Below are positions 27,352 to 38,905 of a DNA stretch of 64,000 bases, one piece after another. The stretch comes from Azolla caroliniana (taxonomy: Eukaryota > Plantae > Polypodiophyta): contig JBHGNT010000002.1 of the NCBI GenBank assembly GCA_043228905.1, positions 16,058,001 through 16,122,000 on the forward strand, given 5' to 3'. Position numbers and translations under genes: made by a program. Below the pieces are notes generated by a model. The model was given only the letters and a program-made list of their open reading frames with translations. It did not search any database and had not been told where the DNA came from. Within the stretch, counting starts at the first letter, position 1. Each line of letters starts with the position of its first letter.

Positions 27352-30300
27352 ATGTCTTCAAAGAGAATCGAGCGCGAGGACTCCAGGTAGGCCTTTGACA
27401 CTGTGGACATTTTTGTAAATATGTTTCGTCGCTCAAGAACTCGATACGCCGTATCGAGTTCATGTATACAATACAAACTTTATACATGAACTCGATACGT
27501 CGTATCGAGTTCATAATTTGTTTTTGCTTTTTAAACGGGAACTCAATACGACGTATCGAGTTCCTGTTTAAAACCTAAACATTAAACGGGAACTCGATAC
27601 GGCGTATCGAGTTCGTGTTTAAAACCTAAACTCTAAACACGAACTCGATACGGCGTATCGAGTTCCTGTTTAAAATTGTCCTGTTTAAAATCCAAACTTT
27701 AAACACGAACTCGATACGCCGTATCGAGTTCCCGTATCGAGTTTTTGTTTAAAACCTACACTTTAAATACGAACTCGATACGGCGTATCGAGTTCGTGTT
27801 TAAAGTTTGGATTTTAAACAGGAACTCGATAGGTTTTAAACACGAACTCGATACGCCGTATCGAGTTCCCGTTTAAAAAGCAAAGAAAGCAGAGGAACTC
27901 GATACGGCGTATCGAGTTCCCGTTTAAAGTTTAGGAATTAAACAGGAACTCGATACGCCGTATCGAGTTCCTGTATAAAAGAAGGCTCTGAGAGAGAAAA
28001 ATTGTGTTTTTGGGGTAACAAATAATTATGGGGTGGAAAAGATATCAAATTGTCTGGCAAAATCAGTCTTTTTTATGTTGACTTTCCTTACTTTAAAAAA
28101 AAAACATGCTCTAATTATAGGTGTTTTATGACCTACAGCTTAAAATAGTAGAAAATGATCCACAAATTGCCTTTACGATAGCAAATTCTCCTCAATACAG
28201 GTTTGGAATCTATATAAGTCATACCTACTATTTAAAAGAATATATAACCCTGTTTACTTATTACGATAAATATTTTCTAGGTTGAATAGCCCTGCCTATA
28301 ATAGATTTTTGAATATAGGACTGCTAGTGGGAACTGTTCTTCATGTTAATATACAACCTTAATCTACGTGACTACCTAACTTATGTTTTTGCATATACTT
28401 TCTTAAATAGGTCGTTTGAGAACCTGTCGGACCGACCCGTGAAGAAAATAAAGCTTCGCATACAAGGTTCTCCAATCGAAGCCCAGACCAAGGTAGCTCC
28501 AGAGACCATGAAGAGAGGAAAAAAGCTTCTCTTTAACGAAGAGACAAAATCTCAGCCACATAGTGATGTTAGCCAAAAGAAACTTGTCGCCGCTACTGGA
28601 GGTGAAGACCTTCCTGATCGAGATCTAACGGACAAGGAATGGTGTATGCAATATGTCGACTCAAAGAAAAAAGTCGTATTGTATACAACAAAGAAGAAGG
28701 GTGAGGGGCAGCTTGGAAAGGAAACCCCATTTATGTATGGTCGTATTCTACGATTTGACTACGAAGATGCAGATTCGGCCAACATACTGGTAATGATAGA
28801 GTGCTCCAAGGGGGTACGTAAAGTGTTCCTTTCAGAAGACCTTTTAGTAAAGGAATCTTGTGGGCCAGAAGCGTTCAAAAAAGCACTTGATAGCTCACAA
28901 AACCTTATTGTTACCTTGAGGCCTTATATACAAGGCCATGTAACTCTAAGAGATGAAGTGCCCTCCCCATTGAAGGCCACAAAAAGGGTATCCAAAGTCC
29001 AGTCAAGACCACCAAAGAAGAAGACCACCAAAATGTCGGATACGGATTCAACAAGTGAAAACGAAGAGGAGGATAATAAGGGGACGCCAGGAGCTGAGCT
29101 GGCCTCGGGTGTTTTGTCATCCGAGCAGAATAAGATAAGGAGAGAGTTAATGCAACGGAAACTGGTCAGGAAAGGGCAAGTGTTTAATTTGCCTATAACA
29201 CACATCCATCGGCCCCCTATTGATGAAAAAACAGGTCGACGACCACTTGAGATTAGAGAGCCACACCGCATGCATGTTCAAAATCTCAAGAAAAAAATGA
29301 AAATTAATCCTCATGCCACTGTGGTGCCTTTTATTGTTATGGTAGATCCTGAAGAATGTGAAACCATTGAAGATTTTGATATTAGAAAGCATGATCAATA
29401 TAATTATTTTGTCATTGGTGGATCGCATTCAGCAGAGGCACGTCGGCAACTTGTGAGAGAACATCCAACAACTTTCTTCTTCAAGTATGCCGAGTGCAAA
29501 ATTTATGTTGGGCTCACAACCGAAGAGGCTAAGCTGTTGGCATGGGACCATAATAATGATAATGACTATAGGCAGAAAATGTCGTCCATTGAGCGTATAC
29601 GGTTCTTCCACCACGAGTATTTAGACGTGAAACAAAAGTTTGGTGTGAAGTTACATCCAGGCTTTCGACGTCAATGTCTGCATGAAGTCGGCATTGTGGT
29701 AGATGATAATGTTAGGTCCGATGGTCTTCGAAAGTATGAGTCTTGGTTTCAATTGGCGTTTAGAGATGGAGAAGTATGGGACCTACAAGATCAAATCTTC
29801 TCAATGTGGGAGAATAAGGAGGTAAAGGGTCAACGACAAAAGAAATGTAGGGTTGACCCTCAACTAGAGTTAAAGTCACAAGCCGCCAAGAAAATTGACT
29901 TGACAATTGAAGAAGCGGCAGACGACATGAAGCTGTCTCTATGGAGAGCGATGCAAGGTATTAAGGACGAGCAACTTCTTGTGTCGGTTTTGTCAAGGGT
30001 TGTGGCGAAAGATTTAAGCCTTGAAGAAATGGTCACTGAGTTCAATAAGTAAGTCTTTCAAATACTGAAATTGTAGTCTATCTGGTGTAATTCAAAGTTC
30101 TAATCTTGATTTCTAATTTTACAGTCATAAGGTGTACATGAAGATCCAAGAAGTTATGATGAAACAACTTGGATGTATAACTTGGGAACAAGTGACCGAG
30201 GATTATCCTCTAACGTCTTCGTATAAGGCGTTATCAGAGTATTTTATTGCATTCAAGGATTGGGTTAGTATTCATGGTTTTTCATTACCCTTTCATCATA

Positions 30301-31633
30301 TGTAGAGCTTGTATAATAATACCTGATGTCCTATTGCTTCTATTAGAAACCGTGTCGAGGCAAGAAACAAGAAGTTAAGGATATACACGATTTCCCTACA
30401 TCCTTCCTTGCACATCTCGAGCGAGCCAGAAAAGAAAAGGATCGTCGCTTAGTCAAGGCGTACGAAATGGAGGAAGATGGCTCCTTTAAAAAATTTAGCC
30501 ACAAAAAAGATATTACGAGAGATCTTTACTACAATGTGGTTTGCGGTGATGTCATCGACTTGATCCAGAAGGTGCCAAAGAAGGAATATACGCTAATGAT
30601 TGCGAATATTCCTTACGGATTTCGTATGGCTGGGTCATCATACGACGATGAACCGTTTAGGTTTAAACAATTGGAGAAGATGGTCAAGGATTTCGCTGAG
30701 CTAACGACCGCATCCTTGTGGCGAATAGTTGTCTTTCATAGTATGGACCAAGGGTACTCGGTAGCTCAAGCTTTGAGATCTCATTGCCATGGCATCGAGA
30801 ACCTTGCATGGTAAGGATTATTTATAGGTGTCTTTCACTATATTGCATTTCTTAAGGTTGTTGAATCTATTCTTAACTCGATGAATTATTTTTTATAGGA
30901 TCAAGACCAATGTAAATAGAGGGCCAACTTTTCGGTTCGTTAATGCCATTGAATACATAACGGTTGGCTACTTCGATGAAATTAAGAAACAGAGAATCAA
31001 AGAGCATTCTAATGAAGTGGGAGGTTCAAATCTGTTGGTATATCCAACAGTGACACGGAAATTGCGACATGTCACCACGACAGAACGGGGACTTGTCAAC
31101 CCATACCAAAAACCTCAACGACTTATGATGCGCTTGATCGAGATGTTTTCTGTCGAAGGAGACTGGATATTAGATCTCTTTTCTGGCACAGGTATTCCTC
31201 GAACTAGGGTAACGATCTTGAGATAACCAATCCCTTTTTTTTCGTTTGACAACTAAATCTTATTGTTACTTACATCACAGGAACTACGTCTGCATGTGCA
31301 TTGAAGTTGTTTAGAAATACAGTTGCATTGGAGAAGGACGAGGACCAAGTTATATTTATTAATATGCGGATTAAGGCTTTGTGGGAGTGCCCAGACCAAG
31401 ATGAGGAGGTCGGTGCAAAGAACCTCGCCAATACAGAAAGGTTTCAACCTGCTTCGCGAGAGCCTATTCCTCCGTTAGCCGGCGAACCGGGGGAGCTAAT
31501 AGAGCTTGATGATGAGCTTATAGAAGATATTTCGTTGGCTCGGCTAACAGGGGAAACCAATGCACGTATAGCCGAAGACAGTTCTACACAAGATGATGAA
31601 GAAAATGACGTTGATGAATTGATTGCTATGTAA
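27352..31633 (+). CDS. ParB/Srx-like domain fused to a beta-class N6-adenine/N4-cytosine DNA methyltransferase, 6 exons, 973 aa
   Basis: GT-AG exons 27352-27386, 28411-30048, 30125-30263, 30347-30810, 30899-31191, 31281-31633 give 2922 nt with no internal stop. ParB-like: IREPHRMHVQNLKKKM...YFVIGGSHSAEARRQL. MTase: VVCGDVIDLI..LMIANIPYG (motif IV), WIKTN, NPYQKP.LM.RLIEMFS.EGDWILDLFSGTGTT..ALKLFRN.VALEKD (motifs X, I, II). Motif I is only completed by splicing. Confidence 0.85.
27437..27970. repeat. Array of 10 palindromes GAACTCGATACG-N-CGTATCGAGTTC plus half sites, mostly at a 51-bp period, in intron 1 of the MTase gene
   Basis: Copies start at 27437, 27488, 27539, 27590, 27641, 27707, 27771, 27844, 27895 and 27946, with a half site at 27822. 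Only the 27539 copy has an arm mismatch. Confidence 0.95.
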
Positions 31634-33490
31634 TAGACTCTATGAAGAATATGACACTGACGATTTGTTAAGATTTCACATTATTAATACAAATTTTGGG
31701 TTTTACCTAGTGGATTCTATTCTTTATAATCTTCTATATGTTTCAATTTTATTTTTATATACTTGATTAGTAGATTTATGACATTGGTTTCACCGCGTGC
31801 ATAGCTGACTACCAAACTTATGGAGAAACATGAACTAGTTTAAATGGAGGCTGATTTTGGTCCAAGCTAACCTTAACAGAACATGGCCCTATAATTGTTG
31901 CCATGACTGTCCATGTTGTTATTATGGATCTTTGTCTTCTATTGTTAAAACTATTATGTTTCTATGCCATTGCTGCTTAGATTGTGTAGTGTGTTGATAA
32001 TGGTTCCAGTTGCGTTATCGTTCGGAGTTTGATCTTGTGTGAATCACCTAAGCAATAGAGTAGATCAATTTTAAATACAGACCTATGAAAGCCTAATAGG
32101 TTTGTTATTTCCACGACATTATCCTAAAGTTCACTGCCTTACATTGTCCACAATTATAAACATATGGTTTGATCCCATATGAACAAACTGAGGAATAGAT
32201 TAGATCAACTTTAAATACAAGTATTGAATACTTTAATAAGTTAGTTATTCCAATCACTTATCCTAATGTGCACTATCCTACATTTTCCACAATTACATAC
32301 ATGCACGTATGGGTCAAAGTATAAATTATATCTCATTTTATTAGTATGGATACAAGTACACCTGATATTTTTGTAAAACTTACCTAATTAATATAAGTCT
32401 TTAAGTTAGTGTTTCCCTTGTCGCACAGTAGTGACATATTGAGCCATAGTTGAACTTTATTATGCCTACATTAACTTATCAACATGTCTAAACTTGCATG
32501 ATTTCTAATGATCTCCACTCGTAGATCTATCATGTATTTTTATATTTGCAAATTCTCATCAAGTTGAGGAACATGTGATACTAGTGCATCCAATTTTTGT
32601 AGAGAGGGTGTATTTGCTTCGTTTTAAGAAGATTCTACAAGTGGAATGCGCAATCCTTCCACTTGTGAACGCGAACGTGTTTTGTGCTTCATCACGAAGA
32701 CTGGCCATTTTTCGGTCTTTCCGGTTCCGGATCCTTCCAATCCTTTTGCGTAGTGCGAGCTTTGCCGGTTCCCTTGTCCGGCCTTACCGGATCCAGATTT
32801 ATCTGAATTGGTGTGCTTCTTCCAACACTCGCTTCCTCTGTGGCCCTTCCGACCACAATACTAGCATTCCGTTTCGGTCTTTGATTGCCGGTTTCTGGCA
32901 CCGCTTTGACTCCCCCTGCTTGTAGAGGGTCCGCAACTATTGTTGGCACTATCTTTGTGCCTCCGATTCCGCTCTTGCCGACCGTTGGTATTGCATGCTG
33001 GCCCACCTCGTCCTCCACGCCCACGAGACCGATCCGCCTCCGTGTACAACATTCGGTTGTTCGATTGAGTAATTCTCAACCCATTCGCGTGGTTTTCTTC
33101 GACCATGAGCATCGATTGCAGATCGAAGAAGGACGGTGGCTTCTCCCAAGTGCAAATTGTCGTCCAGATTGGCCCGTATCGATGTGCTAGACCACCGAGG
33201 CAGATCTGGACCATTTCTTCCTTGTCCACCGTCATGTTGATGGACCCGAGCATGTCACAGATCTCCTTGATCTTGGTGTAGTCGGTGATCGACATGTCCT
33301 ATTGCCAGATACTGTTGAGCTCTTGCCGGAGCTGTAACTTCCGAGCCGTGGTACTTGCGGCGAAAATCTTCCGGAGATTTTCCCAGGCCTCCTTCGGTGA
33401 CTTTGCATCTCTGATGTTGCCAAGCATCTGGTCGTGCACACAGGACGTGAGGCAGTACAACACCCTACTCACTCCTTGCTCCCATACCAG

Positions 33491-33990
33491 GAAGTCAAAG
33501 TTGTTGCCATCCTTGATTCCAAGATTGTTCGCAACAAGCTCTACTATTTGGTCGATTAGCTAGGGTATAGTCCAAGCGAGCATACTTGGGAACCAGTCGA
33601 GAATGTAAGAAATGCTCGAGCTCTTATCAGGACTTCCATCGACAATATCCTTACAAACTAGGTCCTCAATCTAGGACGACTCCTTCCACTCGTCGTCTTA
33701 AGGGGGGGGGGGGGGGGGGGGGTGAGTAGTGTCATGATATAGAATGGTATGGCTTCAAAAGGATTTGACCCCATGACCTTGTGTCACATGGGTTGAAGCC
33801 CTACCGTTAAGTACGAGGAATATTGTTTTCATTTATTATTTCACTTAGGAAATCCATGTATATTCTACATGTCTCTCTCTCTCTCTCTCTCTCGTGAGTT
33901 CCACACCATCTTTTCCTCTTAAGTACTCATAATACTCATCCTCTACCTCTAGTACTAATTCCCTCTCCGTATTTAGTACTATTCCTAACA
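33491..33990 (+). mobile_element. Ty3/gypsy chromovirus 3' fragment: integrase chromodomain, PPT and LTR (33730-33990)
   Basis: Reads EVKVVAILDSKIVRNKLYYLVD*LGYSPSEHTWEPVENV. Poly-G PPT at about 33700-33722, then a TG...CA segment. Confidence 0.75.
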
Positions 33991-35245
33991 TTGTGCCACA
34001 ACTCACCGATAGTGTCAGATGCCATGTTCACTTCCTCCGGCATTTTCGGGCATGCATCAGGTACAATGTGTTGATCTTTAGGGCTCGAGCCAAGATTAGG
34101 CTTCCTCTACAAAACTTCATTATGTCGTTCCGGATGCTACCGGTGTAGCCTTCATCATCCAACCGATCAGCTGATATCAGGTTCAGTTGAACCTCCGAAA
34201 CATGGCGCACTTCTCTCAACATTAGTTTGCACCTAGTTGATGTAGTCAAACACACATCTCCTATGCCAACAATTCGGCATGCTCCTTCATTCCCCATCCT
34301 CACACAGGCATGATCTCCGACTCTATAGGATGAGAAGCACTTCTAGTCAACGGTTAGATGGAACAACGCTTCGAAGTCGACCACCCATGTTGATTCATCG
34401 CTAACAAGGTGCAACTCACTCTCCTCGGTGATTATCAGTAGTTCCTCGTCGCTTGTCGCGATTGCCAACGTTCCTCTCCTTTCCAAAATCTTCATCGGTT
34501 CCAGACCGTCGGCTCCCCCTTTGTCTTTCCGGAAGTGTCAGCAATTCTTCTGGAAGTGCCCCAACTTTTCGCAATAAAAGCAAGTGGGCCTCCCCCTTGA
34601 CTTCGACCTCATCCCCGACCTCTCCCGGTTCTGGGGACTTTGATTCCAGCCTCTTCCCAGGCTATTGTCGTCTTCTGAAACCAAGGCCTTCGAATCGGTT
34701 CCGAACTCCTGGTCCTTCTGGCGAGCTTCTTCATTTAGCAAACTCGACTTTACTCTCTCTAGGGATACTTAGTGCTTCCATTCCGAACCAGCGTTGCCCA
34801 AAGTGACGGCCAACGTCTCCCACCTATTCGGAAGGGATCCGAGCAGTAGCAATGCCAGTACCTCATTGGCTAGAGGTATTTCGAGGGAGGTAGTCCGATT
34901 TATCAGCCCCTGGAAGGCGTTCATATGCTCTGCCATCCTGGCACCATACTGGCACCATACTGATACCGGAGCCTCACTATCTTCTAGAATACTAAGACTC
35001 GATTTACAACATTCTTGTTTTCCAACATCATGCCAATCTTCTCCCAGAACTCATTGGCCTTGTTCTCTTCATTGAAGTTATTGTACAGGCTCATGTCGAT
35101 GAAGCATCTTATGTATGTCGAGGTCTTCATATGCATCACCTCCGAGGTCGCGACATCAATCTTATCCGGTCTTTTATCTCCAAATTGTACTGGTAGCCAG
35201 AGTCTTTGACCACTAACATGTCCCTCATCTTTGACTTCCACACTG
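33991..35245 (-). mobile_element. Decayed Ty1/copia gag-protease; its 5' end continues at 44952-45511 (PBS 45036-45047, LTR from 45051, LTR remainder about 49180-49269)
   Basis: Zinc knuckle CFYCEKLGHFQKNC. The gag start MEESFGGMFKLTNSNY (44960-45004) is separated from VWKSKMRDML by the 35246-44951 insertion. Confidence 0.8.
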
Positions 35246-35949
35246 AACATCGGGTCATTTGAAACAGGTGATATGTCGCATTCTCTTTTTCATATCTTAG
35301 TGAGATGTTAAAAAATGCCTTATTTAAGCAGAATTTCAAAAAGGCACGACGCATGCGTATGTTGTTTATGAAAACATAACGAAAAATAGAACTAACTAAT
35401 ATCACATCAACAAAATCATCCGACGTATATTCTATCTACCATGTTTTTTGTCCAAATCTTAGACAAGGGTATATTCGTCAACGCAAGTATAATAGTAATG
35501 CGAGTCCTTGTGCATATTCTAAAAAGCATACCCATTGAATAAGTGACTTCTTCTAATTATGTATGTATATTTATATATAATGTATGTTAAAGCAAATTGT
35601 GAACCTTGCAATTAAGAGATACTACTATGTCAAGAGAAAATTTCCATTAACGCGTGATACATGACACCGTCAATGTATAAATAAACTAGTCTACAATAAC
35701 ATTCCAATCATAGAGTAAATGATAGAGTATAATTTTATCGCCCATATACCCCAAACGATAAAGGAAACTTTAGACAACATGTTCACATACAAATTGTACT
35801 TAGAGATAATCTAAGTTCAATAAGTGTTACACGCAAATTATAAATAAGCTCAACTTATAATTTAACAATTCATATTGTTCAAATTTTACAATAAGCCATA
35901 TCCATTCAATCGAATAATAAGTCTGGTAAAGCTGTCTCTTCAGGATTAG

Positions 35950-36360
35950 CTCATTCATTAGGGCTGTCCTCATTGGCTTCGTCGGTACGCTAAGTTGAAT
36001 CATTAGTGTGTTTAGACTTTGACACGTCTTCTATTTCAACAAGGTCCCCTGCTTCTTCATCTAAAATCCCAAAGTTTCACTAGAAGTCATCTGGAACATC
36101 TCAGTTTCATTGATATGCTTTGCCTCAACTTCTTGGTCTTGATCAGGACAGTCCCAGATACCTTGGATCCTCATCAAGGTCCTTCTCTAATGCAACAAAG
36201 TTCCTGAACATCTTTCACACGCATGTTGTAGTTGTACATGACAGTAGAATGAAATTGCACATGTAACATCAAACTAAAGAATAGACTATAACATTAATGT
36301 AAATTGATGTGACGAGTTAAATTATATACTTGCACCGGAAAAGAAATCTAAAACCCATTG
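35950..36360 (-). pseudogene. Remnant of the last two exons of the methyltransferase gene
   Basis: WVLDFFSGA followed by a GT donor (36360-36328), then TTTCV*KMFRNFVALEKD...MRIQGIWDCPDQDQEVEAKHINETEMFQ. This matches WILDLFSGTG|TTSACALKLFRNTVALEKD...MRIKALWECPDQDEEVGAKNLANTERFQ, with the same intron position. Confidence 0.85.
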
Positions 36361-36384
36361 AAAATTTGAAAATATAAAAAATCT

Positions 36385-38490
36385 TGGATTTTCAACTGGA
36401 ATCCAATGAAATGCGCTCGATTCTAGTTGAAATCCAAGCTTTTTTTTTAATTTTGTAATTTTTTAAAAAAATTCCATAAAAAAATAAAAAATGGATTTAA
36501 AACTAAAATACAATGCATTACATTCTATTTTTGTCTATACAACTAGAATCCAATGTAATGCATTAGATTAAAGTCGAAAATCCATTTTTAAAATTTTACT
36601 TTAATGTTATTTATTTATTTATATTTTTTTTCCATATAAAAAATAATAATAAGTGCCTTTTCAACTGAAATCTGATGCACTACATAGGATTGTAGTCTAT
36701 ACAGCTAGACATCGATGTAGTGCATCAGATTTTAGATGACAATCCTTTTGCTTTTCACTTGTTTTTCATTTTTTCAACAAATAAATAAAAATATTTTAAA
36801 AAAATGATTTCCAATTAAAATTTGATGCACAGCATCGGATTTCAATTGAAAATCCAATTTTTTTTTTGTTTTTTCATAAAACAATGAAATAATAATAAAA
36901 ATATTACATTTTCAACGGAAACCTAATGCACTACATCGGATTTCAGTTGAAAATCCATGATAAATGAAAAAAATAAATGAAAAATCTTGGACTTTCAATA
37001 GAAATCTGATGCAATGCATCGACTTTCCGTTCAAAATCCAGTTGAAAATGATGGATTTTCAACAGAAATCCGATGCACTGTATTCGATTTTAGCTGAAAA
37101 TACATCATTTTAAATGGCCAAAATCCATGATTTTTTTATTTTAAACATTTTTTTATGGAAAAAATAAGAAAATTTGAAAAAAATAAGAAAAAGTGGATTT
37201 TCAACTGAAATCCGATGCACTACATCAGATTTCCATTGAAAATCCATTTTTTCAATTTTTATTTATTTATTTATGGGAAAAATAAAACAATTCAAACAAA
37301 ATACAAAAAAAAATTCAAAAAAGAAGAAAATTTGGAAACAAATAAGAAAAAGTGGACTTTCCACTGAAATCTGATGCAGTGCATCGGATTTCCATTGAAA
37401 ATCCATTTTTTCAATTTTTATTTATTTATTTATGGAAAAAAAAAAATGGACTTTCAACAGAAATCCAATGCAGTGTATCAGATTTGCATTGAAAATCCAT
37501 TTTTTCAATTTTTCTTTATTTATTTATGGCAAAAATAAATAAATTCAAAACAAATTCAAAAAATAAGAAAATTTGGAAACAAATAAGAAAAAGTGGTCTT
37601 TGAACTGAAATCCGATGCAGTGCATCGGATTTCCATTGAAAATCCATTTTTTCAATTTTTATTTATTTATGTATGCGAAAACAAAAATTCCCAAAAAAAA
37701 TAAAAAAATAAGAAAATTCGGAAACAAATAAGAAAAAGTGGTCTTTCAACCGAAATACAATGCAATGCATCGGATTTGTGTTGAAAATCCATTTTTATAA
37801 TTTGTATGTATTGATTTATGGGAAAAATAAAAAAACTCAAAACAAATTCAAAAAATAAAAAATTTTGGAAAGAAATAAGAAAAAGTGGTCTTTCAATTGA
37901 AATCCGATGCAGTGCATTGGATTTCCATCGAAAATCCATGTTTTCAATTTTTATTTATTCATCTATGGAAAAATAAAAAAATCAATAGAAATACCAAAAA
38001 ATCAAAAAATATTACATTTCGGAAACAAATAAGAAAAAGTGGACTTTCAATCGAAATCCGATGTAGAGCATCGGATTTTAGTTGAAAATCCATTTTTCCA
38101 ATTTTTATTTATTTCTTTATGGAAAAAATTAAAAAATTATAAAAAGATTACAAAAAATAAGAAAACTCGGAAACAAATAAGAAAAGGTGGACTTTCGACT
38201 AAAATTCGATGCATCGGATTTCCATTGAAAATCCATTTGTAAAAGTTTTTTCATTTTTTAAAGATATTTTGAAAGTGGATTTTCAACTGAAATCCAATGC
38301 AGTGTAACATATTTTAGTCTATAGCTAGAATTCGATGCAAATGCATGTCTCACTTGAAAATGCAAGAGTATTTTTTTAATGGAAATTTTTTATAAAATTC
38401 CAAGACATACAATAGGAATCTGATGTAGTACATCCAATTCTAGATGTATAGAGTAAAATTCGACATAGTGCATCAGATCTAGATGGAATG
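36385..38490. repeat. Array of about 20 decaying 51-bp palindromes (GGATTTTCAACWGAAATCCGATGCA-N-TGCATCGGATTTCCATTGAAAATCC) with A/T-rich spacers
   Basis: The best-preserved copies are near 37195, 37354, 37595, 37887 and 38041. Confidence 0.9.
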
Positions 38491-38649
38491 AATCTGATTT
38501 ATGTTTGACATCAAAGACTTACTATGAGAATCTAAGAAAAACGAAAAAACATCTTTACGACATTTTGAGATTCTAATGATTTTGGTAGAAGGTTTCTCTC
38601 ACATAATCAAATATCGTAAATAGAAAGTACATAATTAAATATCATAACC

Positions 38650-38905
38650 AAAAAGTGAAGAAGAATGAATGCATCAAGCACATCTACTCTTACATTGGAT
38701 AATATTTATATACTAGTGTATGACTTATCTTGACCAAAACAAGTTATCTGCGACAAACCACAATAAAGATACTAAAAGAGGATCTTGAATGTGGCTTCAG
38801 ACACAACACAAAGACAAACAAGAAGCATGACTCATAACCTCGATGAGGTTGGATGGCAATCGGATGAAGACAATGCATTAGTTGCCATTGATGATGAGGA
38901 TGAGA
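38650..38905 (+). pseudogene. Remnant of the transposase C-terminus
   Basis: TSTLTLDNIYILVYD..LTKTSYLRQTTIKILKE..TQRQTRSMTHNLDEVGWQSDEDNALVAIDDEDE aligns with TSTLDISDVDIIVYDFTLTKAGRLRKSTIDIIKE..SQRQTRSATYNLESNHLVYDEDNALIGTSEDDEE of ORF 23745-25112. Confidence 0.85.

Larger units (their letters stand above)
23387..32681. mobile_element. TIR DNA transposon (9295 bp) carrying a transposase and a ParB-methyltransferase gene
   Basis: 36-bp TIRs at 23387-23422 and 32646-32681 (AACAYGTTCGCGTTCACAAGTGGAAGGATYGCRCAT, 33/36 identical). Perfect 4-bp TSD TTGT at 23383-23386 and 32682-32685. The empty site restores the copia reading frame. Confidence 0.93.
19667..33495 (-). mobile_element. Decayed Ty1/copia (3' LTR 19667-20137, PPT 20138-20146, RNaseH/RT/integrase 20500-23386, gag 32682-33495), split by the TIR transposon; 5' LTR lost
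   Basis: Motifs KHIEVHYHF, LLYVDDLV, DMKNVFFQG, EQNGLAKRKN and WYVDSGAS. Removing 23387-32685 restores the reading FVMKHKANSM. Confidence 0.9.

Noticed and set aside
27437-27970. CRISPR array (palindromic repeats with about 26-bp spacers)
   Set aside because: The spacers are related to each other (TTTAAAACCTAAAC variants), there are no cas genes, and the array is in a spliceosomal intron.
28343-28410. ORF-track start codon at 28343
   Set aside because: This stretch is a T-rich intron end with an AG at 28409-28410. The upstream exon 27352-27386 splices in frame and follows a TATA box.
28343-31633. Bacterial restriction-modification operon or contamination
   Set aside because: The pieces are exons of one gene with GT-AG introns, bounded by TIR and TSD inside plant retroelements. 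No restriction endonuclease gene is visible.
36385-38490. Centromeric or other satellite DNA
   Set aside because: The spacing is irregular, the units are palindromes homologous to the element-1 array, and they lie between TIRs with gene remnants.
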